Shown: positions 37,716 through 50,003, counted from the whole stretch's first letter. The stretch is DNA of 63,808 nucleotides, filler included, from Thraustochytrium aureum (GCA_012862495.1; 6 parts of 3 records of this genome joined end to end with filler, not necessarily neighbours in it), one strand, 5' to 3'. Translations and numbers: made by a program. Notes: generated by a model not told the origin, from the letters alone.

Positions 37716-40150
37716 ATGATGATCTGGTGCAAGGTTGCCCTTGCAGTAGCTGGTCTGCTTGCACTCCATTCAGTCCCGCAAGCCCTTGGTCTGGCCGGGC
37801 CCACGGCAGATCTGGCAACGACCACGCCGCTTCAAACACTCGACGTTGCATCATGCGAAACGGTGCTGAGATCGAGGACGTGCAAAAGAACTGTCGGGTG
37901 CAAGTGGATGAATCTCAAAGATGAACGTGGCAGGCGGTTTGGGTGCCTCAGTGCACAGACCTGTGACAGATTCCAGAAACCTGTTTGCAAGATCGACTTC
38001 AGGCACTGCCAATGGGACCGCGACACTGCAAGTTGCGTGACGCGCACAAGGGCACCGACTGGAGCACCCACACAGAAACTTGACGACGATTGCACGCGGG
38101 CTCCCAGATTAAAGTCTTGCCACAAGATGACAGGCTGTCGATGGTTTCCGCAACGTGACCATGTCGGGAGACCGTTCGGCTGCATCCCCGTATCAATGTG
38201 CTCCGTATTTTCCCAGACCAACTGCGAGCTCTCGAGCAAGTTTTGTCAGTGGAGCTCAATTGATGGAGCTTGCGCCGAGATCAAATCACCTCTCAAAACG
38301 GCAGCTCCTACTCCGTCCCCGAGCACAGTGCCCACCGAGCACATCGTCGAGCAAAGAACGAGCAGCCCAACGAGCAGCTCAACGACCACGCCGACAACCT
38401 CTCCGACGACAGTTCCAACAACCAGTCCGACGACCACTCAAACGACAGTTCCGACGACAACTCCAACGACCGCTCCGACGACAGTTCCGACGACTACTCC
38501 CACGACCGCTCCGACGACTCCTCCAACAACTACTCCCACGACCGCTCCGACGACCGCTCCAACGACCGGACCGAACGAACCGTCCAACGCCCAGCCCGAC
38601 ACCCCGTCCAACGGCTTCGCCGACGCCGACGCTAGATCGATCCCGCACAAACGTCATGCTGATCACGCTCGATGACTGGGCGGAGCTCGACTATGCCGGC
38701 GCGTCACCCAATATTGACTCGCTGAAAGGCGAGAGTGGCGCTGCAACGTTCACCAATGCGTTTGCCAACTTTCCGCAGTGCGGTCCGTCTCGCGCCTCCC
38801 TGTTATCCGGTCGCTACCCGATCAACACCGGTATCTTGGTCGGTGACATGCTTCCGGAAAACTACTTGCACGAGACGACTTTCCTACCCAAGTTTTTCAA
38901 GGAGAGCGGGCACCTCGTTGGTATGGCCGGCAAGGTGTTCCACACCCGAACCGAGTTTTATCCCAAGGCCTGGTTCGACAAGACGGACCTCAGCGACGCC
39001 CCCGAGTCAGGCAGTCTCCAATTTCCCTTCAATGTTTGCAAGGACCAGGTCACAGAGTGCAATTGCAACGAAGCGGACGACTTTTCGCACAAGCGAACGT
39101 GCCGAGACTACTCAACAATGCGCAAGGTCGTCGGCTGGATTCACGACTGGGCGAGCGAATCTCGCCCTTGGTTCATAGCAGCTGGCTTTGTACGTCCACA
39201 CAGCGACTTTGAGATGCCGGGCTGGGCCAGGGCTTTCAAGGATTTCCATCTCGGCCCATTAAACACCAGTGCGACCCTTGATGTACCACCGATAGCCTAC
39301 ACCACTTGGGACGGTTTGTGCGGTACGTCGGAAACAAGTCTGCTCGCGTGCGCAGCGAGCTTGGCCAAAGCTGTGCACTTCGTTGACAGATACGTCGGCA
39401 ACATCCTCGGCGCGCTGCGTGAGACGGGGCAATTCGACAACACCCTCATCATTGTCNNNNNNNNNNNNNNNNNNNNNNNNNNNNNNNNNNNNNNNNNNNN
39501 NNNNNNNNNNNNNNNNNNNNNNNNNNNNNNNNNNNNNNNNNNNNNNNNNNNNNNNNNNNNNNNNNNNNNNNNNNNNNNNNNNNNNNNNNNNNNNNNNNNN
39601 NNNNNNNNNNNNNNNNNNNNNNNNNNNNNNNNNNNNNNNNNNNNNNNNNNNNNNNNNNNNNNNNNNNNNNNNNNNNNNNNNNNNNNNNNNNNNNNNNNNN
39701 NNNNNNNNNNNNNNNNNNNNNNNNNNNNNNNNNNNNNNNNNNNNNNNNNNNNNNNNNNNNNNNNNNNNNNNNNNNNNNNNNNNNNNNNNNNNNNNNNNNN
39801 NNNNNNNNNNNNNNNNNNNNNNNNNNNNNNNNNNNNNNNNNNNNNNNNNNNNNNNNNNNNNNNNNNNNNNNNNNNNNNNNNNNNNNNNNNNNNNNNNNNN
39901 NNNNNNNNNNNNNNNNNNNNNNNNNNNNNNNNNNNNNNNNNNNNNNNNCCCGGAGGACGAGAAGAACTTGGAGCGGGACTGCGTTTCGGATGCGGCCGCT
40001 TATGATAGTGTGGCGTGGGCCGATTCGGCTCTTATTTCTCGAGAGGTCTACGACCCCTCGGAGCACCGTAACCTTGATGTTCCTGGGGAGGCGCCTCCCA
40101 TTGACCTGAAAACTCTCATGAAGGGTGCGTTTCGCACCCCGCCAGCATAG
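37716..40150 (+). CDS. Secreted sulfatase (iduronate-2-sulfatase-like S1 family) with two N-terminal Cys-rich repeats and a PT-rich stalk; apparent 1-nt insertion ~38574; gap 39457-39948
   Basis: Signal peptide MMIWCKVALAVAGLLAL; (PTT)n stalk; NVMLITLDD, CGPSRASLLSGRYP (CxPxR formylglycine motif), GKVFH, GFVRPH, DNTLIIV; C-terminal EVYD...EHRNL after the gap. Confidence 0.85.
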
Positions 40151-40403
40151 ACCTCGCGCTGACTATAATCGACGACTATGCATGTAGAGTACTGCAACGT
40201 GCGGACCGTGACATAAAGTGTAAGGTGTGGACGGTGTGGACGGTGTGGACTTGCACCCTGTGGCAAAAGTAGCCGTCCCCTGAGCCATTTCCGACCGTTG
40301 TGAAAGAGACAAAAGACAGCGTTCACCATTGGTTCACCACCTTCTTTTCTTTGCAAAGTACTCGCTACACGACGACGGGCCCATCCTACTCGCTTGCGAT
40401 CTA

Positions 40404-41426
40404 TCAAAACTGCGGTGTAAACTCGAAAACATTCGTCTCGTCAACCTCGGAGATCTTTGCTGGGTCCGGAAACGGGCACAAGTTAAAGCGCACATGGCTC
40501 CCGCTTATCTCGACAAAGCTGTTGAACCCCATCGTTTCAGACGGGTACCTGTCAGCATACAGAGCGTGGAGGCCCATAAGCGTATAGTCGTGTGCGCCAT
40601 GCAGCACTACAAGAGTTCGCCCCTCTCTGCGCAGGCGGCCAGCATCGTCAAGCATGCGGGCCTGGTGCGCCCCTGCGACGGAAAGTGAAGTCCCGATGTA
40701 TTCGTGGAGCGGCGCGCCAAGCGTGCGCGCTTGTTCCAATTTGTAGAACCGCTGGTCCCACGCCCAGTGAGCCAGGTCTGCGATGCGTTGGCGCGCCTCG
40801 CGCTCTAGCCGCCCAAACAGCACACCCTTGCCTGTCCCCTGGGGCCAAAACCGCTCGCACTCCAACATCTCTTCAAAGTAAGTCATCGAGTCAAGCTTGG
40901 CTGTCAGGTCGCTCGTCCAGTGCGGGGCGATCGACTCTAAAACCTCGCTCTGCTTCAGCGCGTGCTCTGCAAACACAGTCCCTTGCCGGAGCTCTCGAGC
41001 GGTTTCCTTGTACAGGCCGTCGCACTCGTATCGGCGGTAGAGCTCGTCCGGGTCTCTCTCGTCGACCGGCGTCGGGCCCTTGGCCAGGATCGCAGCGAGC
41101 TCATCCGACGTTATACACCCCGCCTGGTGCAGGCCGCGAAGGACGCCGCGTCCGCTTTCAACCACGCGGTCCACCTTGCTCGAGTGCCACACAAGGTCGA
41201 CGGGCCTGCCGTGCAAGCGGGCCGAGCCAAGAAACCGCCCGAGCCTCTCGCTGCACTCAAACCCTATCGGCGTCAGTGCTTCCAGCTCGTGTTGGAGCCA
41301 CTGCTCGGCCACGTCCGTTCCCACAAACGGCTTCATCGCGCCGCTGCTCGGCCCGCGCGCCCCGTGTCGGAAGACGACGTGGAGCACGTTGTCGGTGTCC
41401 TGCCCGTTCTCGCTGCTGGTCGCCAT
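40404..41426 (-). CDS. Histidine acid phosphatase (branch 2)
   Basis: RHGARGP catalytic motif, LTPIG, S..DRV..S, and HD motif (GAHDYT); probable start MATSSENG at 41426. Confidence 0.88.
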   Translation of the reverse strand: MATSSENGQDTDNVLHVVFRHGARGPSSGAMKPFVGTDVAEQWLQHELEALTPIGFECSERLGRFLGSARLHGRPVDLVWHSSKVDRVVESGRGVLRGLHQAGCITSDELAAILAKGPTPVDERDPDELYRRYECDGLYKETARELRQGTVFAEHALKQSEVLESIAPHWTSDLTAKLDSMTYFEEMLECERFWPQGTGKGVLFGRLEREARQRIADLAHWAWDQRFYKLEQARTLGAPLHEYIGTSLSVAGAHQARMLDDAGRLRREGRTLVVLHGAHDYTLMGLHALYADRYPSETMGFNSFVEISGSHVRFNLCPFPDPAKISEVDETNVFEFTPQF

Positions 41427-41991
41427 CTTCACGCGGGTTCGTGAGGCAGAGGCCTGCTCTCGAGGCTCCGCGTCCTCGCAGGTCTCTGGCGCCACTGCCG
41501 CAGGCTCTCTCTCCCGATCGAGGGTGCTGTCCTGCGCCCAGCCGAGTTTGTATTCTGCGATGAACAGGAGAATCAGCGACGGCGTCAAGTGTCAACTGTG
41601 TCAGTACTTGTGTTGGTGTGGGAGATCGTGGCGAGCCGNNNNNNNNNNNNNNNNNNNNNNNNNNNNNNNNNNNNNNNNNNNNNNNNNNNNNNNNNNNNNN
41701 NNNNNNNNNNNNNNNNNNNNNNNNNNNNNNNNNNNNNNNNNNNNNNNNNNNNNNNNNNNNNNNNNNNNNNNNNNNNNNNNNNNNNNNNNNNNNNNNNNNN
41801 NNNNNNNNNNNNNNNNNNNNNNNNNNNNNNNNNNNNNNNNNNNNNNNNNNNNNNNNNNNNNNNNNNNNNNNNNNNNNNNNNNNNNNNNNNNNNNNNNNNN
41901 NNNNNNNNNNNNNNNNNNNNNNNNNNNNNNNNNNNNNNNNNNNNNNNNNNNNNNNNNNNNNNNNNNNNNNNNNNNNNNNNNNNNNNNNNNN

Positions 41992-42142
41992 TTGGTGAGA
42001 CAGCGTCGAGTGTCTGCTTCAAGCGCCTTGCGTTGGTGCTTCGAGACGGCGCCGAGTGTCTGCTTCGAGTGGCTTGCCTTGGTGTTCGAGACGGCGCCGA
42101 GTGTCAACTCTTCACGTGACTTGTGTTGGTGTTCGAGACGTC
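41992..42142. repeat. Imperfect ~45-bp tandem repeat (TTGGTGTTCGAGACGGCGCCGAGTGTC core) x3-4 at a gap edge
   Basis: Core recurs at ~41992, 42033, 42079 and 42127. Confidence 0.75.
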
Positions 42143-43366
42143 CTCGCTTCCATCGTCAGCGACGGCTCCGAATCCCCTGCATCGCTTGCGAGGACCGCGT
42201 CGTAGCGCACATGCGGCGCAGCGGACGACCTTTCGCACAAGCGGACCACGGCGCGAGTGGTTCGCGACTCGGTTTTGATGCCCTGGCCTGGCTGCAACCG
42301 AGGACGCGAGGCGTGGACTCGCAATGGCAACGCCTTTGGAGAGCATCAGACTGCGAATCACTCTCTGCTCGTGGAGAGAACAGCAGTCCTTGTTGTGGCG
42401 CCTCGAATCCTTGCAGAGCCGAATCGCTCGCGCTGGTGCTGCAAGAGCGATCGCGAGGCATCGGCCAGCGCGTTCGTTCACCCCGGTCCAAGTGCCCGCA
42501 ACAACGCCCAAAGAAAGCATGCGGTCGTGCGACGGCGCAAAACAACAACAATTATTTAAAGCGCCAACCCGAGTCACGTGGCTGCTGCAAAATGAGTGTC
42601 CAGCTGGCCCTGAAGGCGCTCCAGGTCCTGGAAGAGTGCCCAGAGCTGCTCTGGAGAGAATTCAACTGCAAACTCGTCCGGCAGCGCGCACCAGGGCAAG
42701 GCGCGTTCGGGCTCAATTCGGTCTCCGCAGGTTCACGCGGGCCGGCTGCACGATCCGGGCGACCGCTGAGGGCCTCGGTTATGCTCTCTTCTGGGTCGCC
42801 GCCACTGAGCTGGAACCGAAGCGTTGCGGTGCAGGCGGCGCGGCGCGCGGCGGAAGAGTGTGCCAAGTTGATCCCCACGGTCCACTGAACGTCTGCCAAT
42901 CGCCGCCCGAACGCCGGTGCAACGATCCTGTCATCGTTTGCAGAGCGCTGCTCACCCATCAGGCGCCAGACCCGCACGAGCGCCCTGGCGTGCGGCGAGG
43001 AAACCGCTGCGCGTTTTGAAGAATCGACGAAAGCCAAAAGGCCCGTTCGCGCTCGCCGTGCAGTCCGGTCCAACACGCACGCTCCTGCAGCGTTGTGCTG
43101 TGTCGTGCGCCTCGGCCTTGGGCAGCGCGGCCGCCAGCTTCGTCCTCGAACGCCCCGGCCGGTGGCGCAGTGCGTGCGCTCGGCGGATCACCCTCTCCAG
43201 CAGGCCAAGCTCGACTCGGTTCGCAGCCTGAGCAGAGCGCCCACGAGCTAGCGAGCGAGCTCGCTCCTTGGCGCCCGCCCCACGCAGCTCGAGCACCCGG
43301 GCGGGAGCTGGCGTGCGGCCACCTGCCGCCGCCCTGTTGCCCGCGCGGGAGCGAGGCTCGACCGCC

Positions 43367-46300
43367 ATGGAGGACGCCGGCGAGCTGGACGCCATCCTGG
43401 CGGAGGACTCTGACGCAGACGAGGCTGGCCCGGGAGACCCGCGGCACCTGGAGGAGCTCTTGGCGAGCCCGGACGAAGGCGAGGGCGCCCTGGCTCGGTC
43501 GAGCGAGACGCCGGCCACCCCGGCGAGCGAAGCCGCGAGAATTCCCAACCGCGTCAAAGCGCTGACGAGCTACACGAGCGTCGGAAACCGCGAGATCAGC
43601 GCGCCGCTGCACGAAATCCGCGCCAAGTTTCGCGCCAAAACGAATGCTCAAGCCAACGAGAGCAGTCTTGGGGAGGAGGTGCAGTTTGCGCAAGTGGTCG
43701 GCCTCGATGTGCTGGACTCGATCTCCGCGCAGCTTGAGCGGAACGCCCAGTTTCAAGACCATGGCCCGGGACTGCCGACCAGCATTGCGGTCAACACAAA
43801 GTTCATCGTCGTAGGAACCTCGCGCTCGCTCGTCCTCGTCTTCAATCACGCGCAAGTCATCGCCAAAGTGTTTTGCAAGGGCAAGCCGTTCGACAAGCTC
43901 GAGCCCGCGTTGCGCCACGCCGTGACATCAGACATGGACCTCGGGCCTGCGAGCTCGGTCGAGATCGCCTTGTCCGGCGTCACCAACAACGAGCTGGCCC
44001 TGATCGGCTATGCGCGCGGCCGAGTCGAGCTCTGGGACCTAGCGCGCGGCTCCCTTCTCAAGTCGATCCCCGCAGGGCCGACCTCGCACACGTGCGCCAT
44101 ATCATGCGTGCGCTTCGTGGGCCGCGGGGGCTCGGACTCGAACCGTTTCGATAGCTCTGCGCTGGTCAGCAAAAAGCCTTTCGCGACGGCAATCACCGCT
44201 GACACGAGCGGCGTAGTAAACATGCTCGTGTTCTCCAAGACGCTAATGATTTTGAGCGTAGAGGTCAAATGCCTCCTCGACGGGGCTGCGGGGAAGATTT
44301 TTGCGGTTTCCTGCAATGAACGACTCAACATGGTGGCCTTATCGTCTCGCAAAGACACGTTCCTCGTCTCGCTCGACAATGCCACTGCAAAGATTGTGCA
44401 CCGCTGGAGGGCCTCTGACCATGAGGCTCTCCTTCCAAGCGCCACGACCTCGGCAGCGCCTCCGGGGCTCGCGGAGCGGGCGTCTGTGGCCGGCTGCGCG
44501 AGTCCAGGCCCGAAGGTCGACCAACAACTGCAAGGCCAGCAGGGCCAGCAGTCCCAAGCCCTGCCGCGGCTTTCTTGGGGTTTGGCACGGCTTGGCGACG
44601 ACCCGAACGGCAAGACGGGCTACGTTCTCGCGCGAGCGCTGGGCACTCGGATCGAGTTTTTGCGGACAACGGCCCAGCGGGCTGGCACGGGGGTGGAGCA
44701 CTCTGCAGAGGACGCCACGATGACCTTCAAAGACTCTTGCAGCTCTGGAACCGACATTCTTGCCATCGAGTGGCTCAACGCGTCGTTGCTCGCGTTTGTG
44801 AACACCGACTACGACCTCTGCATCCTCGATGTGTCGGGGATGGCGGTGCTGGAGCGAACCAACGTGAAAAATGTCGAGCTCGTGTGGAACTCGTTCAGCG
44901 CAGATGCGGTGTCGTTTCAAAACAGCATTCGAGCCAGCGGGTCAACTCTGTATCTGCTTGGCATCTGCCAACTTAGCGTCGCGCGCGTCCAAACCTGGAC
45001 CCAGCGCGTCGAGACTCTGATCGTGCACAATGGCTGGCTCGAGGCCCTCGCACTGGCGCTTGATCACTTTCAGCTAACCGGGCATCGCGAGCGGGACAAG
45101 ATGGCCGACCTGATCATGCGCTTCGCGACGTCGACTGTGGGCCCTACGTCGGCCGAGGACCGCGCGGCGGCTGCCGCATGCATAGAGTTTTGCGTCGAGA
45201 TCCAGCGCACTGACCTCTTGTTCGACACCATCTACGACATTTTTGGTCAGAGCGGCAAGCGCGGCGCATTCTTGCGCCTCATGGAGCCGTACATTCTCAA
45301 CCGACTGCTGACCACAGTGCGCCCCTCTGTCCTGCAGGATTTTGTTGACGAGTACGTGTCGAGCGGCCTTCAGGCCCAGCTAGAGCAGTGCATCCTGCAC
45401 CTTACGCCTGACACCATCCGCACTGACCTCCACACCCTGGTCAGCGTTTGCAAGGAGCACGCGCTTTTCGCTGGCTTAGTGTACCTCTACAACGCCGGTC
45501 TCAACGACTACGAGGCCCCTGCTCGGCTTCTGCTGGACCTTGGCCAGGTCGACAGGCTCCTTTCCTATGTCGAGACCTCCTTCCGCGGGCTGACGTACCC
45601 GTTCGGGTTTCCTATGGACGACTCTGTCGGTTTGGACTTTGTCCGTGTCGGCCTGCTTGGGTTTCTGATCGACAACATCAAGGCGTTAGCAAAGTCGCTG
45701 CTCGGCCAGGCGAATGACATCGGCGAATTGATCGGCCTGCTCGAGCTCGGCCTGGGCCAGCACGAGGACGACTGGGAGCTGCGAGCCGTGCATGCGATCG
45801 GGACGCTCGACCCCAGCGAGGCGGTCAGGCTCTGCTCCAGGCGGCTCATGCTGCATCCTCTAAGAGGGCTACGCGAGTCCGACAAGGGCCTAGTAGACGC
45901 TGTTCTGCAGGACTGTATTCGTGCTGGGGATCAGCGCAACCTCGTCGTGATCCTCAGGCACTGCGAGCCAGGACTCTACGACGTGGGACCCCTCACTGAG
46001 CAGATCCAGGCCTTCGGGTGGCAGGAAGCACTGACCACCCTGCACGAACACGCCCTTGACGCGGCCACGAGGGACGGCCAGGACTTGCTGAGAATCCGCA
46101 CCGTCTACGAGCAGATTATCAGAGTCTCGCCGCGCCCGGCGGCCTTTGTTGAGTCGCAGCTCCACCGGCACGCCCGACAAATCATCGTCCTGCAAGCCTT
46201 GAAGGACGCTGTTCACGCAAGCCTCGGCGAGCTTTTGCGCTCGGGCGCAGACGACTTGGAGAAGCTCGCTGCATCGCGAGTTGTTGGCCAGCTCGTAGCG

Positions 46301-47306
46301 GACGCTTCTGCTCTCGATGCATTCCCGGAGCTTCAGTTCATCTTCATAAAGTCCAAGTTTCACTGGGCGAGCGCCCACGAGCGCGTCGACGGAGAGGCAA
46401 ACGTGACGTTCTCATGGGGCGGCTCGCAGGAGGACTTCCAGGCCCGCCGGTACGAGCGCTGCGCTCCCATCCAGCCCAAGCCCCAAGCTGGTTCAGGTGA
46501 AGGGTCTGGCGCCAGTGCGTCTCTCATCGACAGCGCCGAGCCCTCTGATGTCGAGCGCTTCATTGAGCTCTTGTGCAAGTTTGATCCTCACGCCGTGCTT
46601 GGCTTTGTCTCTGCAAACGACGGCCTATTCTCGCTTGACGCAGCGCTCGACGCCTGCAGGCGGCACGAAATTCGCAACGCAACGGCCTACTTGTTGGAGC
46701 GAACGGGGGACACACGCGGAGCGCTGCAGCTCATTCTCGACTCGTTGTTGCGCGCTTCAGCGCTCAGCTTTGAGCACAGACGCAGCCTCGTGCAGGGCGC
46801 AGTGCAGGTCTGCGAGCGAAACTCGATGACCGACCTGGACCTCGCCAACGCCGAGTCGCTCTGGTTTCAGCTACTTGACGCAACTCGGCTGCTGTCGGCG
46901 TGGACGAGTCTGGTGGCACAGAGTCGCACGGGTCGGCCTTGCTTCGCCTTGTCCTGGACGCCATGATGTCCCACGTGGACTCGGAGAGGATCATCTTTCG
47001 AGTGGACTCGCAAACGTTTGGCCAGCTTCGCCACACCATTCGGTGCATGATCGACGCCCGTATGTACGAGCGGCGAATGCTGTTCACGGCCAGCAAGCTC
47101 GCGACGCACGACCTGGTGAGCCTTGTGCGCGCCAGACACGCGCAACTCGCGCGAGCTCAAGCAGTGGCCACAACTCGCGCGCTGGCTCATCCCGCGGCAG
47201 GGGGCGCTCGGCCACGACAGACAGGTCGCGCCCGTCCGCGTCTCGAGCGTGGCTGGGAGGACAAGATGCGCGGGCTCATGCCACGCGCCCTCGTAATAGA
47301 TCCGTG
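43367..47306 (+). CDS. VPS8: Vacuolar protein sorting 8 (CORVET subunit); apparent frameshift ~46870-46900, 3' end in or near a gap
   Basis: GLPTSIAVNTKFIVVGTSRSLVLVF WD40 start, WLEALALALD, ACIEFCVEIQRTDLLF, FLRLMEPYIL, LEQCILHL, YLLERTGD, LWFQLLD; TFGQLRHTIRCMIDARMYE continues in a shifted frame. Confidence 0.9.
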
Positions 47307-47545
47307 NNNNNNNNNNNNNNNNNNNNNNNNNNNNNNNNNNNNNNNNNNNNNNNNNNNNNNNNNNNNNNNNNNNNNNNNNNNNNNNNNNNNNNNNNNNNNN
47401 NNNNNNNNNNNNNNNNNNNNNNNNNNNNNNNNNNNNNNNNNNNNNNAATAGATCCGTGACAAGAACGCCTGAAACACAACCCTTTCCAAAGTCTGGCGTC
47501 GCGCAGCGCGGCCGCGCGTCGCACGTGGCTGGCCCGAGCACGAAT

Positions 47546-47589
47546 GTCGCGGAGTCGCAGACGTCGCAGACGTCGCAGACGTCGCAGAC
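47546..47589. repeat. 9-bp tandem repeat GTCGCAGAC x4-5
   Basis: Direct reading. Confidence 0.85.
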
Positions 47590-47743
47590 CTGACTGGAAC
47601 TGGGCCGTCCGACCCAACAAGCGGCAAAAAATCCAAGCGCGAGCAACGACCGGGCAGCGCGCGGTCAGTCCCACAACGCCCGCAGGCGGTGGCCGGAGAG
47701 AGGCGTGCGCGGGGGCGTCGGAGGGGCGTTCGGAGCGGCAGCC

Positions 47744-47842
47744 CGGCAGCTGGCCTCCGGTTTTTCGCCGGCCAGGGTTGCAGGGCGCGGACTCGGCAAC
47801 TGGGCTCCGGTTTTTCGCCGGCCAGGGCTGAAGGGCGCGGAC
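47744..47842. repeat. 50-bp imperfect direct repeat x2 just upstream of the APC1 start
   Basis: cggcagctggcctccggtttttcgccggccagggttgcagggcgcggac / cggcaactgggctccggtttttcgccggccagggctgaagggcgcggac. Confidence 0.9.
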
Positions 47843-47894
47843 GTGGGTGCGACCGCTGCGCGTCTGCAGGGCGCCGCAGCGCGGCGCGAAGGCG

Positions 47895-48274
47895 ATGAAG
47901 CTGTACCCGGTGGGATGGTTCTCACCACCGTCAAAGTCGTTCCAGCTCTTCTCCGGGGCGCGGCGGGCAGAGTCGAGACAAGAGGAGACCACTCCGCCTG
48001 ACTTTGATGAAATGGTTCATGTGGACGGCAAGCAAGTTGTGTGGAGCGCGGGCAGCGGCGGCGCGCAGCGCGTCTACAAGAGCTACAGACAGGTGCTCAC
48101 TGCAGAGCAGGCGCTCCTGTGCTCGTTCGTCGGCGTCGGGAGCAGCGATGATGGCACCTCGCTCGGCGTGACAGGCGACAGCCACGTCGGCGACTCGCAA
48201 CCAACGCAGAGCAACTTTGGGGGAAGCGCAGGCGCCGACCTCAAGCGGGCTGCCGCCGCTGGCGAAGGACCGAA
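47895..48274 (+). CDS. ANAPC1: Anaphase-promoting complex subunit 1, N-terminal fragment (truncated by scaffold end)
   Basis: EMVHVDGKQVVWSAGSGGAQRVYKSY...EQALLCSF matches the recalled APC1 N-terminal pattern (EELYV.GN.VIWS.G....VYK.F......QAL.C.F). Confidence 0.72.
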
Positions 48275-48374
48275 NNNNNNNNNNNNNNNNNNNNNNNNNN
48301 NNNNNNNNNNNNNNNNNNTTAATTAATTAANNNNNNNNNNNNNNNNNNNNNNNNNNNNNNNNNNNNNNNNNNNN
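48275..48374. other. Artificial scaffold-joining linker
   Basis: N44-TTAATTAATTAA-N44. Confidence 0.97.
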
Positions 48375-48643
48375 TGGGGAGTGGACGCGGGCCAAGGCTG
48401 GGCGAGGCCGGCGCAGTGCGCGCACTGTTCAAGGTGGAGGCGGCCGCTGCGAGCGGCCGCCTGGCTGGCCTTGGGCCGGCAGAGGCCTCGCAGCTTGCGA
48501 GCCGCGCTCGCTCGCTTTTGGCGGCGCTGTGTGAGACGAACGGGCGCGCCAAGTCCGTGCTGGGCCGCCTCGAGGCACGACAAGCCCGCTCCGGGGGTGC
48601 GGCTCGGCCAGGGCACAGTGCAGAAGCTGTTTCCTCGAGCTAG
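48375..48643 (+). CDS. Probable 3' end of an unidentified gene
   Basis: Helical-looking frame ...RALFKVEAAAASGRL...SLLAALCETNGRAKSVLGRLE...SSS-TAG starting near the scaffold edge. Confidence 0.35.
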
Positions 48644-49515
48644 CTCGAGCTAGAGCCTTCCTCTAGCTAGAGCAGAGGCATGGGCAGGAGGAGGGCGCTT
48701 GGCAGCGAGGGAAGGGAATGTGCTAATCACACTTTTGTTGTTCACTTGCTATTCTATGGTCACGAGCTACCAGCACGTGTTATGTTGTTCAAAAGGGATC
48801 ATGGGCAAGGCGGAGTGGCGGGCTACGTGCCACGGTCCGCCGTTTGCGAGGTGCCCGCAGACGCGGAGCGCGCCAGCCNNNNNNNNNNNNNNNNNNNNNN
48901 NNNNNNNNNNNNNNNNNNNNNNNNNNNNNNNNNNNNNNNNNNNNNNNNNNNNNNNNNNNNNNNNNNNNNNNNNNNNNNNNNNNNNNNNNNNNNNNNNNNN
49001 NNNNNNNNNNNNNNNNNNNNNNNNNNNNNNNNNNNNNNNNNNNNNNNNNNNNNNNNNNNNNNNNNNNNNNNNNNNNNNNNNNNNNNNNNNNNNNNNNNNN
49101 NNNNNNNNNNNNNNNNNNNNNNNNNNNNNNNNNNNNNNNNNNNNNNNNNNNNNNNNNNNNNNNNNNNNNNNNNNNNNNNNNNNNNNNNNNNNNNNNNNNN
49201 NNNNNNNNNNNNNNNNNNNNNNNNNNNNNNNNNNNNNNNNNNNNNNNNNNNNNNNNNNNNNNNNNNNNNNNNNNNNNNNNNNNNNNNNNNNNNNNNNNNN
49301 NNNNNNNNNNNNNNNNNNNNNNNNNNNNNNNNNNNNNNNNNNNNNNNNNNNNNNNNNNNNNNNNNNNNNNNNNNNNNNNNNNNNNNNNNNNNNNNNNNNN
49401 NNNNNNNNNNNNNNNNNNNNNNNNNNNNNNNNNNNNNNNNNNNNNNNNNNNNNNNNNNNNNNNNNNNNNNNNNNNNNNNNNNNNNNNNNNNNNNNNNNNN
49501 NNNNNNNNNNNNNNN

Positions 49516-49742
49516 CTCTGGCACAGGCTGCACTGGCCGACCTCCACGACCTGCTTGTACTGCTCTTCGGCCAGCTTGGCCGCGCCGGTCAGCTTGAGGA
49601 TGCCGCGCTCAAACTTGGACCGCTTCTCTTTGAGCATCTTGACGCAGTCCAGCGTAAAGCTGCGCGACCGCTTGTGCAGCGCCTTGCGCGCGCGCTCCAT
49701 GTCGTCCACTCGCGGGACAACCGCAACAGGGCCCTGGCTCAT
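49516..49742 (-). CDS. Hypothetical protein, 5' fragment running into a gap
   Basis: MSQGPVAVVPRVDDMERARKALHKRSRSFTLDCVKMLKEKRSKFERGILKL... with G/C-ending codon bias like the other genes. Confidence 0.5.
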
Positions 49743-49917
49743 AGCCAGGCCTCGGCGCGGCCCGCCCGAACGACCAAACAACCACACAAACAAACAACCA
49801 AGCAGAGGCCACGCCGTCGCTGGCTTCGGCCTTGCGGGACGAGTCGCCGCGTCACGGCCTGTCCAGCACCCCGCTGGCCGTTCAGCTGCCGCGCGCCGTG
49901 CCGCCACGTGCTGCCAC

Positions 49918-50003
49918 GGCTGCAGCCGCCGCCGCCGCCGCCGCTGCTGCTGCTGCTCCTGCCGCTCCTGCTCCTGCCGCCGCTGCCGCTGCTGCTGCTG
50001 CGT
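49918..50003. repeat. (GCC)n/(GCT)n trinucleotide tract
   Basis: Direct reading. Confidence 0.8.

Noticed and set aside
42592..42888. Short ORF MSVQLALKALQVLEECPELLWREFNC upstream of VPS8
   Set aside because: Looks protein-like for about 30 aa only; no family recognised and no supporting splice structure
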